In this document: positions 43,130 to 52,172 of the stretch, piece by piece
Numbering within the stretch: position 1 is the first letter of the stretch
How the letters are laid out: each line of letters starts with the position of its first letter
Assembly: GCA_023249095.1 (NCBI GenBank)
Contig: JAHFDK010000012.1
Location: forward strand, 91 to 64,090
Direction: 5' to 3'
Origin: Candidatus Rokuibacteriota bacterium
GTDB lineage: Bacteria > Methylomirabilota > Methylomirabilia > Rokubacteriales > CSP1-6
Length of the DNA: 64,000 nt
Program-made: the position numbers and the translations under genes
Notes under the pieces: model-generated
What the model saw: only the letters and a program-made list of their open reading frames with translations
Database searches by the model: none
What the model was told of the DNA's origin: nothing

Positions 43130-44010
43130 GCCCGTGGGTGGAACCGTCGATACATTTGCAGCACGGCCGTCGATGGCAGGTGCGTGTAGATTTGCGTTGT
43201 CGCGATGTCGACGTGGCCGAGCATGACCTGGATCGAGCGGAGATCGGCGCCGCCCTCGAGGAGGTGGCTCGCGAACGAGTGCCGGAGCACGTGGGGCGAG
43301 ACGCGATGGCGGAGGCCGGCTCGGGTCGCGGCCTGTCGCACGATCGTCCACAGGGACTGCCGCGAGAGGCGCCCGCCGCGGGGGTTCACGAACAGTCGGC
43401 CACTGTCGCGTGTGCGCGTATACGTCGGACGGATCTCACGGAGGTAGCGCCTCACCCACTGCACGGCTTCCCCGCCGACGGGGACGAGACGCTGCTTCCG
43501 CCCCTTGCCGGTGCAGACCACATAGCCCGCGGTGAGGTTGACGTCGTCGAGCGTGAGGCCGAGGCATTCGGAGGCGCGCATGCCCGTGGCGTAGAGGAGC
43601 TCAAGCACCGTCCGGTCGCGGACGCCCCGCGGCTGCGTCACGTCCGGCGATTCGACGAGCGCGGCGGCCGCCTCCCGCGAAAGCGTCCGCGGCAGCGCCC
43701 GCGGCCGGCGCGGCGCTTCGAGATGCTCGGTGGGATCGCGCCGGAGTGCGCCCTCGCGGACCAAGTGCTTGTAGAGGCCGCGGAGCGCCGAGACGTGGCG
43801 CGCGACGCTGGAGGGCCCGAGGCCGCGGGTCCGCAGGCGCTCGAGGTAGTCGACGATGTCGTCCGGACCGGCCCGACCGAGGCTCCGACGGTGATCGTCC
43901 AGGAACTGGGTGAAGTCGGTGAGATCGCGGCGGTAGGCGTCGAGAGTATTCCGGGTCGCCCCCCGCTCAGCCTGGAGGGCGCCGAGATACTCGACGACCA
44001 CATTGGTCAT
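43126..44010 (-). CDS. xerD: Site-specific tyrosine recombinase XerD
   Basis: Starts MTNVVVEYLGALQAERGATRNTLDAYRRDL and ends with ...HVLRHSFASHLLEGGADLRSIQVMLGHVDIATTQIYTH. There is no flanking cargo or att-like repeats. Confidence 0.85.
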   Translation of the reverse strand: MTNVVVEYLGALQAERGATRNTLDAYRRDLTDFTQFLDDHRRSLGRAGPDDIVDYLERLRTRGLGPSSVARHVSALRGLYKHLVREGALRRDPTEHLEAPRRPRALPRTLSREAAAALVESPDVTQPRGVRDRTVLELLYATGMRASECLGLTLDDVNLTAGYVVCTGKGRKQRLVPVGGEAVQWVRRYLREIRPTYTRTRDSGRLFVNPRGGRLSRQSLWTIVRQAATRAGLRHRVSPHVLRHSFASHLLEGGADLRSIQVMLGHVDIATTQIYTHLPSTAVLQMYRRFHPRA

Positions 44011-44079
44011 AGAGTGACCACGTCGGATTCTATCACGACGCTCGGGAATCAAGAAGGACGCCCGTCGCCGCGCGCTTCC

Positions 44080-45684
44080 TCATGCCTCCGCGATACCACC
44101 GCGCCCGCGTCGTGAATAGAGCCGCAGCAGCACGGTGCGTTCGGACAAGCCGAGCGCGACGCTCGCGACCCCGAAGAGCCCCCCGCCGACCACGATCGTG
44201 ACCGCGAGCCAGGCGACGTCGAGCGGGAGCGCCGGCCGCGCCGGCCACAGCGCGAGCGCGAGCCAGCACGAACCCACGAGCGGCAGCGACGCGAGCGCCG
44301 TTCGACACGCGGTGCTCACGAGCGTGCGTCCGCCGAGCCGGCCGAGCCGCCGGCGCGCGACCACCAGGAGTGCCAGCAGATTGACGTACGCCCCGATGGA
44401 CGAGGCGCCGGCGAGGCCCGCGTGCCCGAGGGGCCCCATCATGGCGGCGGCCGCCGCCACGTTCGCGACGACCGAAACGATTCCCCACTTCACGGCCGTG
44501 CCGGCTTCACCCAGCGCGTAGAAAGCTTGCGCGGCGATGCGCGAGCCCGCGAACGCGGCCAGGCCGATCGCGTACCACGCGAGCGCGTCCGCCGTGGCCG
44601 CGGTCTCCGCGGGGCCGAACCGGCCGCGCTCGAACAGCACCCGCACGATGGGCGTCCGGAGCATCACGAGGCCGAGCGTGGCCGGCACCGACACGTAGAG
44701 CGCCAGGCGCAAGGCGAAGGTGAGCGTGCCGGCCAGCGCGCGATGGTCCCGCGCCGCGGCCTGGCGCGACATGACGGGCAGCGATGCCGAGGCGAGCGCG
44801 ATCCCGAAGACGCCGAGTGGGAACTCCATGACCCGGTCGGCGTAGTAGAGGTACGAGATCGAGCCCAGCGGCAGAAGCGATGCGAGCAGCGTGTTGAAGA
44901 ACACCATCACCTGCACCGCCGCCAGACCGAAGACGGCCGGCAGCAGGAGCCGCGTGATCCGTGCGATCGCGGGGTGGCGGAGGTCGCTCGACGGAGCCAC
45001 GAGCAACCCGCACGCCGAGAGACCGGGGATCTGGACGAGCAGCTGCCCGATCCCTCCGACGAGCACGCCGATCGCCAGGGAGAGGATCGGTGGCTCCAGG
45101 TGGCGCGCCAGCAGCACCACGGCGCCGATCATCCCGACGTTGAGCACGGCCGGGCCGATCGCGCCCGCGAAGAACCTCTCCTGGGAATTCAGCACGCCGG
45201 TGGCCATCGCCGCGAGGCCGACGAGTAGCAGGTACGGGAACATGACCCGGGTCAGGAACGCCGCGAGCGCTGCCTGTGATGGGTCACTCGCGAAGCCCGG
45301 CGCGATCACTCTCACGAGATAGGGCGCGCCGAGGATGCCCACGGCCGTGGTCACCGTCAGCGCGAGGAGGGCCAAACCGAGCACGGCGCGAAGCATCCGG
45401 TGGAGGTCAGGCCGCTCCCGGGTCGAGGCGTACTCGGTGAAGACCGGGATCATCGCGGTGGACAAGGCACCTTCGGCCAAGAGGCGCCGCAGGATGTTGG
45501 GGATGCGGAACGCGACGAAGAACGCGTCGGTGACGGGCCCCGCCCCGAACGCCCGCGCCACGATCATGTCACGCACGAAGCCGAGCAGACGGCTCAGCAG
45601 CGTCGCAGGGGCGATCCCGCCGAACGCCCGGACAACCTGCCCCTCGCTTTCGCTCACCTTGAAATTCCCTCGCCCCTGCGGCAT
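44080..45684 (-). CDS. murJ: Lipid II flippase MurJ (MviN)
   Basis: 534 aa from MPQGRGNFKVSESEG.. (ATG compl. 45682-45684). Contains LSRLLGFVRDMIVARAFGAG..TDAFFVAFRIPN and is multi-TM. Confidence 0.9.
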   Translation of the reverse strand: MPQGRGNFKVSESEGQVVRAFGGIAPATLLSRLLGFVRDMIVARAFGAGPVTDAFFVAFRIPNILRRLLAEGALSTAMIPVFTEYASTRERPDLHRMLRAVLGLALLALTVTTAVGILGAPYLVRVIAPGFASDPSQAALAAFLTRVMFPYLLLVGLAAMATGVLNSQERFFAGAIGPAVLNVGMIGAVVLLARHLEPPILSLAIGVLVGGIGQLLVQIPGLSACGLLVAPSSDLRHPAIARITRLLLPAVFGLAAVQVMVFFNTLLASLLPLGSISYLYYADRVMEFPLGVFGIALASASLPVMSRQAAARDHRALAGTLTFALRLALYVSVPATLGLVMLRTPIVRVLFERGRFGPAETAATADALAWYAIGLAAFAGSRIAAQAFYALGEAGTAVKWGIVSVVANVAAAAAMMGPLGHAGLAGASSIGAYVNLLALLVVARRRLGRLGGRTLVSTACRTALASLPLVGSCWLALALWPARPALPLDVAWLAVTIVVGGGLFGVASVALGLSERTVLLRLYSRRGRGGIAEA

Positions 45685-45722
45685 GATGCACCGCGGACCC
45701 GACAGCGACTCGACCGATTCCG

Positions 45723-45900
45723 TAGTGCGCGCCGCAGGCCGTCGCGGGGCTGGGGCTCCGCCGGCCGAGGCGCGGCTACAAAGTCTAGTGCGCGCCGCAG
45801 GCCGTCGCGGGGTGGCAGTGCGAGCTGGAGCACGGCCGGGGGCTGGGGCCCCCGCGTGCGAGGCGAGTGAGATGGACATTGCCCCGCCGGCCGAGGCGCG
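45723..45900. repeat. Interrupted direct repeat in the murJ / rpsT divergent spacer
   Basis: TAGTGCGCGCCGCAGGCCGTCGCGGGG occurs at 45723-45749 and 45786-45812. GCTGGGGC and CCGCCGGCCGAGGCGCG also recur: they are contiguous in copy 1 and split by two insertions in copy 2. Confidence 0.75.
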
Positions 45901-45923
45901 ACCATACAGCAAGGAGCGTTCAC

Positions 45924-46175
45924 GTGGCGAACACGAAGTCGGCGATCAAGCGCATTCGACAGAACGAGCGACGACGCCTGCGAAACCGGGCGATGCGCTC
46001 GAAGATCCGCGGCACGGTCAAAGCGGCGCGCGCGGCCGAGGGCACCGCGCGAGCCGCGGTCGTCCTCGAGGCGATCCGCCTTCTCGACAAGGCCGTCAGC
46101 AAGGGCGTGCTCCACCGCAACACCGCCGCGCGCAAGAAATCCGCGCTCGCCCGGCGTCTCGTCGCCGCGCCATAG
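45924..46175 (+). CDS. rpsT: 30S ribosomal protein S20
   Basis: GTG at 45924 preceded by AAGGAG (45911-45916). The product reads VANTKSAIKRIRQNERRRLRNRAMRSKIR.... Confidence 0.9.
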   Translation: MANTKSAIKRIRQNERRRLRNRAMRSKIRGTVKAARAAEGTARAAVVLEAIRLLDKAVSKGVLHRNTAARKKSALARRLVAAP

Positions 46176-46210
46176 CCCACACCCCTCTCACGCCTCGCGT
46201 CGCCCGGCCC

Positions 46211-47581
46211 TCACCGTGTCCCCGAGCCGGAATCACAGAGGGGTGACGGACGCGTCAGCGGCCGCGGGCGCTCGCCCAGCCGGTAGAGCAACTCGATGGC
46301 CGCGTCGGTGAGGCACGCGCCCGCGTCGGGCCCGTAGAGCGTGGCGCAGGCAACGTACCCCTTGCCCCGGGTATCCTCGAGCCTCATGAAGTACCCGAGA
46401 TAGTCGTTCGAGAGCCCGGCCAGGAACACCGATGCGAAGAGCCCGCGCGCCTCGCCCTTGATGGCTTGCCCGAACGAGGTCTGCAGCTCGCCGGGAATCG
46501 TGACCCAGGCTGTGTCTCCGACCGCGGCGGCGAGGAGCTCGGTCTCGGCGGGCAGGTCGAACCCGAGCGGGATGGCGAGGAAGCCGGGCACCCAGCGACC
46601 GACGCAGCGCTTCAGCGACACGGCGGGCCGGGGTAGCGCAACCGTGCGCCGCGCGACGCGCAGGGTGGTGACCGGCACGGGCTTGGCCTGCGCCCAGCCG
46701 GCCTCGACGGTGGCCGCGAGCGCCCCGGCTGTGGCGCGTAGCGCGGCCACCCCGTGGGCGGCCGGGCTTACGTCGGCGACCGCTCCGTTGACGAAGAGGG
46801 CCGGCGCCCCGAGCCTCTGCTCGAGCAGCGCGGAGGTAGCCCCCATCACGTCGCCCGACAGGTGAAGATTTCTCGCGGGGAGCATTGTCCCGTGGATGGC
46901 GAAGTTCCACACTAGCGCGAGCGGCTCCCCTGCGGCGCTCGTGACCTTGACGACGACGATCTCGGAATCGAGCGGCTTTCCGAGCCGGCTGACCGTGACC
47001 GCGGGGGCGGTGACCCTCGTCGCCGCGACGAGCGCCGGGGCACGCGCGCCATCGGCCCGCCGGACTGCCGTCACGACGCCCTCCACGAGCGCGTCCCGCA
47101 CCACCGGGTCGAGACGGTCCACCGCGACCAGGCCCCGGAGCTCGGAATCCATGAAGGCGCCAGGGCCCGAGTGGGTGTGGGAGGCCGAGACGATGAGCGT
47201 CGCCGCCGGGACGCCGGCGCGCGCCAGGCGACCCTGAACGGCCCGGGTGAAGGAACCGTCGACTGCGATGAGGTCGAGCGTGACCCATACCAGCCGCGCG
47301 GCCCGGCTCTCCAGCACGAGCGCTCGCGAGGCCACCGGGTCGTGCTCGCCGACCGACGGCCTGAACCAGAACGCATGGGCGTACCGGTCGAAGACGTCGG
47401 GAAACACCAGCCGTCGCTGCATGCCGCCATAACCAGCGAGCGGTGTTCCGGGCGGCACGCGCAACGCGACGTACGAGGCACCGGCGGTCACGCAATTGGT
47501 GCAGCGCGCGGCGGCGTCTGCGATCCCGACGATGCTCGCCCCCCCGAGGAGGAGGCCGAGGACGATCGAGCAGCCGATCAC
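46211..47581 (-). CDS. Neutral/alkaline ceramidase-like N-terminal-domain hydrolase (secreted)
   Basis: GTG start (GTGA overlap with the holA stop). Signal-like VIGCSIVLGLLLGGASIVG and the motif VSASHTHSGPGAF. Confidence 0.65.
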   Translation of the reverse strand: MIGCSIVLGLLLGGASIVGIADAAARCTNCVTAGASYVALRVPPGTPLAGYGGMQRRLVFPDVFDRYAHAFWFRPSVGEHDPVASRALVLESRAARLVWVTLDLIAVDGSFTRAVQGRLARAGVPAATLIVSASHTHSGPGAFMDSELRGLVAVDRLDPVVRDALVEGVVTAVRRADGARAPALVAATRVTAPAVTVSRLGKPLDSEIVVVKVTSAAGEPLALVWNFAIHGTMLPARNLHLSGDVMGATSALLEQRLGAPALFVNGAVADVSPAAHGVAALRATAGALAATVEAGWAQAKPVPVTTLRVARRTVALPRPAVSLKRCVGRWVPGFLAIPLGFDLPAETELLAAAVGDTAWVTIPGELQTSFGQAIKGEARGLFASVFLAGLSNDYLGYFMRLEDTRGKGYVACATLYGPDAGACLTDAAIELLYRLGERPRPLTRPSPLCDSGSGTR

Positions 47582-48588
47582 CTCTCCGCGCACAGATCGG
47601 CCACCAGGGCGGCCATCTCCGCGCGCGGCTCGCCGCTGCTCTTGAGTCGGCGGTCCGCGTCCCAGCATCGTCGGAGCCTCCACGCAAAGAGGGCCTCGGA
47701 GCCGCTCGTGGGGCCAGTGAGTGCCTCGATGACCGCGGGTGGCCGGCGGAGCGTACGGGCGATTTCCTCGACCGGCCGGCCCCGACGCCGCCACGCGAGC
47801 GCTGTCCACGCCGTCCTCACGTCGCGCGCCAGGACCGCGAGCAAGAGGGGCGCGTCCTCGGTGGCGAGGAGTCGGTCGAGCGTTTTGAGCGCGCCGGCGA
47901 GATCGCGGCGCTCGACGGCGCGTGTCAGGTCGAAGATCGCATCCAGCCGACGCTCGCCCACGATCGCGCCGACGTCCTTGACACCGACGGCGCGGTTATC
48001 GGGTCCACCTGCGAGCGCGGCCTTGCGCGCCTCGCCCAGCAGTGTGGCGGTGTCCTCCCCCGTCAGCTCGACGAGGAGCCGCGCAGCCTCGTCGGTGACG
48101 GTCAGCCCTTCGAGCGCGGCGCGCTGGCGGAGCCAGCCCGCGAGCTCGCGTGATCCCCGGGTCGGAAGCTCGACGATCGCGGTGGCCGGCAGGCCGGCGA
48201 GCAGCCAGTGGTCGACCCGGCGCTCGCGCGAGGCGCGCAGCGGCTCGTCGGCCAGCAGCAAGAGACAGGTCGCGGGATTCGGGCTTGCGGCGTAGACGTT
48301 GAGCGCGTCCGCGCCCTTCGCGGTCAGGGCCTGGGCGCGCCGGACGGCGACCAGTCGCCGGCCGGATCCGAGCGGCAGGGTCATGGCCGACCGCACGATC
48401 TCGTCGACGCCGCGCTCGCGCCCATCGAATACCTCACGGCCCCAGGCCGCCAGCGCGCGATCCGGAAAGAGCCCGCGGGTCGCCGCGTCGAGCGCGTCGT
48501 CGAGGAGCTGGCTGTCACCGCCGTGCAGGAGGGCGATCGGCGGGGCCTCGCCGCGCGCGACCTGGCGCAGGAATGCTGGATAGTCCAT
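47578..48588 (-). CDS. holA: DNA polymerase III subunit delta
   Basis: 336 aa. Starts MDYPAFLRQVARGEAPPIALLHGGDSQLLDDAL. leuS-lptE-holA synteny is conserved. Confidence 0.85.
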   Translation of the reverse strand: MDYPAFLRQVARGEAPPIALLHGGDSQLLDDALDAATRGLFPDRALAAWGREVFDGRERGVDEIVRSAMTLPLGSGRRLVAVRRAQALTAKGADALNVYAASPNPATCLLLLADEPLRASRERRVDHWLLAGLPATAIVELPTRGSRELAGWLRQRAALEGLTVTDEAARLLVELTGEDTATLLGEARKAALAGGPDNRAVGVKDVGAIVGERRLDAIFDLTRAVERRDLAGALKTLDRLLATEDAPLLLAVLARDVRTAWTALAWRRRGRPVEEIARTLRRPPAVIEALTGPTSGSEALFAWRLRRCWDADRRLKSSGEPRAEMAALVADLCAER

Positions 48589-48636
48589 TTATCGAGGGCT
48601 GGGAGATCGGGGCGACCGCGGGTGGCCTGCTGTAGG

Positions 48637-48700
48637 TGCTGGTGGCGCCGCTCGCCCGATCAACCCTGTTGCTGCTGGTGGCGCCGCTCGCCCGATCAAC
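48637..48700. repeat. 36-bp-period tandem repeat in the lptE-holA spacer
   Basis: TGCTGGTGGCGCCGCTCGCCCGATCAAC occurs at 48637-48664 and 48673-48700, with a degenerate third copy (..GGCTCGCCCGGTCAGC..) at about 48712-48737. Confidence 0.8.
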
Positions 48701-48740
48701 GCGGTCGGTGTGGCGGGCTCGGCTCGCCCGGTCAGCGTGC

Positions 48741-49256
48741 TCAAAAGCGGTTGACGGTCAGGCTCACGATCGCCCGCGCGATGTCGATCGCGGCCGAGCG
48801 TACGGCCGACTCCTCACGTGAAATGGTCTGCGATACGGCATTCAAGACCCGGAAGTCGGCCTTCTCCCTGAGGCGTTGCTCCTCGAACAGCACCGTGTTC
48901 CGACGCACGTCGCGGAATCGGAGATTCATCGTCACTACCAGCCGATACTGGCGCACGTTGGCCTGCGAATCGTACGCGATCGATTCGAGGGAGTAGCTGA
49001 TCACTTCTCCCTCGAGGATAGCATCCGCGTCTTCCCGCTGGACCACGCGGAGCCGGCCATTGGTGGAGAAGGCTTCCACGACCGCGCTCGTGAGGAAGTT
49101 CTCGACGGCCGGCTCCCCGGTCTTGTTCGCGAAGACCGGTATCGCCACCGTCTGGATGTGGTCCGGGAGGTTTCCGCGGAACGAATAGCCGCAGCCCGCG
49201 AGCACGGCGGCGAGCAGGACGAGGCCGAGCGCGAGCGGGCGGACCGGCCTCGTCAC
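48741..49256 (-). CDS. lptE: LPS-assembly lipoprotein LptE
   Basis: 171 aa from GTG (GTGA overlap with the leuS stop). Lipobox LLAAVLAGCGYSFRG. Conserved position between leuS and holA. Confidence 0.8.
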   Translation of the reverse strand: MTRPVRPLALGLVLLAAVLAGCGYSFRGNLPDHIQTVAIPVFANKTGEPAVENFLTSAVVEAFSTNGRLRVVQREDADAILEGEVISYSLESIAYDSQANVRQYRLVVTMNLRFRDVRRNTVLFEEQRLREKADFRVLNAVSQTISREESAVRSAAIDIARAIVSLTVNRF

Positions 49257-51781
49257 GCGCGCGTCACGATGTTGACCAAACGGTTCGGGACGACGACCAC
49301 CTTCTCGATGTGGCGCTGCCCGACCCACGGCTTGACGCGGTCGTCGCCGAGGGCCAGCTGCCGCATCTGGTCGTCCGCGGTGTCGACGTCGACGAGCAGG
49401 CGTCCGCGCACCTTGCCGTCGACCTGCACGACGACCGTGACTTCCGTCTTCTGGAGCGCCCCCGGGTCCGCGACCGGCCAGCGCTGCTTGAAAAGACTCT
49501 CCGTGTGGCCGAGAAGCGACCAGAGCTCCTCGGTCACGTGCGGGCAAAAGGGACCGAGCAGGAGCAGCGTCGTCTCGACGGCTTCGCGTAGAAGCGCGGC
49601 GCGCTCCGGGGCGGCGCCAGCGCCCGTGCCGTCGCCGGCGGCGGCCGCGAAGGCCTGGAGCGCGTTGACGAGCTCCATGATCGCGGCGATCGCGGTGTTG
49701 AAGTGGAACTCGCGCTCGATGTCGTCGGTCACGCGGCGGATGGTCTCGTGGATGGCCCGGCGGAAGGCGCGCCCGGCCTCCGTCGTTGGAAGCGTCGCAG
49801 CTCTCACGCGATCCGGGGGGGCACTCGGGGGGGGCGTCTCGCCCCCCCCGAGCTCGGTCAGATGTCCGACGACGAAGCGCCAGACGCGGTTCAAGAAGCG
49901 CGAGGCGCCCTCGATGCCCTGGTCGTTCCACTCCAAATCTTTTTCCGGCGGCGCCGCGAAAAGCTCGAACAGGCGCCCGGCGTCGGCGCCGTACTTCTCG
50001 CGGACGAAGTCGTCGGAGACCACGTTGCCCTTCGACTTCGACATCTTCGCGCCGTCCTTGATGACCATGCCCTGGCTGAGCAGCGCCATGAACGGCTCGT
50101 CGATTTTGGTGAGGCCAAGGTCGCGGAGCACCTTCGTATAGAACCGCGCGTAGAGGAGATGGAGCACCGCGTGCTCGATGCCGCCGATGTACTGGTCGAC
50201 CGGCATCCAGTAGTCCGCCGCGCCCCGCTCGAACATCCCGCTGTCGTAGCCGGGCGAACAATAGCGCAGGAAGTACCACGACGATTCCACGAAGGTGTCC
50301 ATCGTGTCCGTCTCGCGCCGCGCGGGCCCGCCGCATCGAGGACAGATGGCGTTGACGAAGCTCGCGACGTTCGCCAGCGGCGAGCCGCCCTTGCCGGAGA
50401 GCTGCACGTCCCGTGGCAGCGTGACCGGCAGGTTCTGCGCGGCCTCGGGCACCATACCGCAGGCGTCGCAGTAGAGCACCGGGATCGGCGCGCCCCAGTA
50501 CCGCTGGCGGCTGATGCCCCAGTCACGGAGACGGTAGTTGACCTTCGCGGCGCCGAGGCCGCGCGAGACCAGCCAGTCGGTCGCCCGACGCTTCGCCTCG
50601 GCGACCGTGAGGCCGTCGAGGAACCCGGAGTTGACCTTGACGCCGTCGCCGGTGTAGGCCTTCCCGGTCCATCCGTCAGGACGTTTGACCGTCTCGATGA
50701 TCGGCAGGCCGTGCTGCTCGGCGAATTCCCAGTCGCGCTCGTCCTCGCCGGGGACCGCCATGATGGCGCCGGTACCGTAGCCCATGACGACGTAGTCGGC
50801 GAGGAACAGCGGGACGGCGGCCTCGTTGAATGGATTCAGGACGCGGGCCGACAGGCGGAGCCCCCGCTTGGGCCGGTCCGCGGCCGTCCGCTCGATCTCT
50901 GACTGGCGCGCGACCTCGGCGCGGAATCGCGCGACGGCCGCGCGCTCGACGGGGTCGGTCACGACCTGGTCGACAAGCGGGTGCTCGGGGGCCAGCACCG
51001 CGTACGTCATGCCGAAGACGGTGTCCGGCCGCGTCGTGAAGACGCGGATCGAGAGACCCGGGTGTCCCGCCACCGGCAGATCGAACTCGGCGCCCTCGCT
51101 CTTGCCGATCCAGTTGCGCTGCATCGTCAGCACGCGTTCGGGCCAGCCGGGCAGCCGGTCACACCAGGCGAGAAGCTCGTCCGCGTAACTGGTGATCTTG
51201 AAGAACCAGCCGTCGATCTCGCGCGGCGCCACCTCGGAGTCGCACCGCCAGCACCGGCCGTCCTCCACCTGCTCGTTCGCGAGAACCGTCTGGCAGGACG
51301 GGCACCAGTTCACCGTCGAGCGCTTCCGGTAGGCGAGGCCCCGCTCGAGCATCTTGATGAAGATGAGCTGCTCCCATTTGTAATAGGCCGGGTCGCAGGT
51401 GGTGACCTCCCGGTCCCAGTCGTAGGAGATCCCCATCTTCATGAGCTGCGTGCGCATGTAGTCGATGTTCTCGTAGGTCCAGATGACGGGGTGCACGCCG
51501 TGCTCGATGGCGGCGTTTTCGGCCGGCAGCCCGAAGGCGTCCCAGCCCATCGGGTGCAGCACGTTGTACCCGCGCATCCACTTGTAGCGGGCGAGGAGAT
51601 CGCCGATCGCGTAGACGCGCACGTGACCCATGTGGATCCGGCCGGACGGGTACGGGAACATCTCGAGGCAGTAGAACTTCGGCCGGCTGGGATCTTCGTG
51701 GACTCGGAACTGCTTCGTCGCTTCCCAGATCCCCTGCCACTTGGCTTCGATCTCGCGGAACGGATACCGGTCGGTCGACAT
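49253..51781 (-). CDS. leuS: Leucine--tRNA ligase
   Basis: 842 aa. Has the HIGH-type motif PYPSGRIHMGH and KMSKSKGN. Confidence 0.95.
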   Translation of the reverse strand: MSTDRYPFREIEAKWQGIWEATKQFRVHEDPSRPKFYCLEMFPYPSGRIHMGHVRVYAIGDLLARYKWMRGYNVLHPMGWDAFGLPAENAAIEHGVHPVIWTYENIDYMRTQLMKMGISYDWDREVTTCDPAYYKWEQLIFIKMLERGLAYRKRSTVNWCPSCQTVLANEQVEDGRCWRCDSEVAPREIDGWFFKITSYADELLAWCDRLPGWPERVLTMQRNWIGKSEGAEFDLPVAGHPGLSIRVFTTRPDTVFGMTYAVLAPEHPLVDQVVTDPVERAAVARFRAEVARQSEIERTAADRPKRGLRLSARVLNPFNEAAVPLFLADYVVMGYGTGAIMAVPGEDERDWEFAEQHGLPIIETVKRPDGWTGKAYTGDGVKVNSGFLDGLTVAEAKRRATDWLVSRGLGAAKVNYRLRDWGISRQRYWGAPIPVLYCDACGMVPEAAQNLPVTLPRDVQLSGKGGSPLANVASFVNAICPRCGGPARRETDTMDTFVESSWYFLRYCSPGYDSGMFERGAADYWMPVDQYIGGIEHAVLHLLYARFYTKVLRDLGLTKIDEPFMALLSQGMVIKDGAKMSKSKGNVVSDDFVREKYGADAGRLFELFAAPPEKDLEWNDQGIEGASRFLNRVWRFVVGHLTELGGGETPPPSAPPDRVRAATLPTTEAGRAFRRAIHETIRRVTDDIEREFHFNTAIAAIMELVNALQAFAAAAGDGTGAGAAPERAALLREAVETTLLLLGPFCPHVTEELWSLLGHTESLFKQRWPVADPGALQKTEVTVVVQVDGKVRGRLLVDVDTADDQMRQLALGDDRVKPWVGQRHIEKVVVVPNRLVNIVTRA

Positions 51782-51867
51782 GATTCGGTTAAATTTTTAA
51801 CATCCTTGGCAGGCAGGGGCAAGAAAGTGCTGGGAGGGTCGGTGCGGCGCTCTCCGACCCGGACTGC

Positions 51868-51904
51868 GGCGTGACGCGGCTCCTGGGATCTGCCGCGCCA
51901 CGCC
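51868..51904 (-). terminator. GC-rich hairpin downstream of the small secreted-protein gene
   Basis: A 13-bp stem (GGCGTGACGCGGC / GCCGCGCCACGCC, one G-U pair) with an 11-nt loop, 14 nt after the stop at 51918. There is no clear U-tract. Confidence 0.35.
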
Positions 51905-51917
51905 GAAACTTGTGCGA

Positions 51918-52172
51918 CTACTTCTTCACGCCGAGATCCGCCGCGGCCTCGTTGGCCAGCTTGAGCGAGTCCGCGTGCTTGCCCCCGTCGTGGAGCTTCT
52001 GCGCCTCGTCCAGCTTGGCGACCGCCGCCTTCACCTTCGGATCGTCCATCTTCATCTTGCCGGCCGCGTCCCGAGCCTCCTTGATGACCTTCGGGCAGGT
52101 GCTCGCGAACGCTCCACCCGCGGTGAAGGCCAGCGCGACCGCTACCGCCGTGACTGCCATGAGCTTCTTCAT
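51918..52172 (-). CDS. Small secreted helical protein, unknown function
   Basis: 84 aa: MKKLMAVTAVAVALAFTAGGAFA|STCPKVIKEARDAAGKMKMDDPKVKAAVAKLDEAQKLHDGGKH... It has a clear signal peptide and a Lys/Ala-rich mature part. ATGA overlap with the uvrC stop. Confidence 0.6.
   Translation of the reverse strand: MKKLMAVTAVAVALAFTAGGAFASTCPKVIKEARDAAGKMKMDDPKVKAAVAKLDEAQKLHDGGKHADSLKLANEAAADLGVKK

Noticed and set aside
43126-44010. Tyrosine recombinase as a marker of an integrated mobile element.
   Set aside because: The sequence has the XerD-type N- and C-terminal signatures. It sits among core genes (murJ, a cca-like gene) with start-stop overlap, and there are no flanking repeats, tRNA or cargo.
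48637-48737. CRISPR-like appearance of the 28-bp repeats.
   Set aside because: There are only 2 exact copies plus a degenerate one, the spacers are 8 nt, there are no cas genes, and the locus lies inside an operon spacer. It is treated as a tandem repeat.
51782-51810. Inverted repeat GTTAA-attt-TTAAC immediately upstream of the leuS ATG as an operator.
   Set aside because: It is a 5-bp AT stem only. It could equally be part of a -10-like or AT-rich leader, and it is not supported by any second copy.
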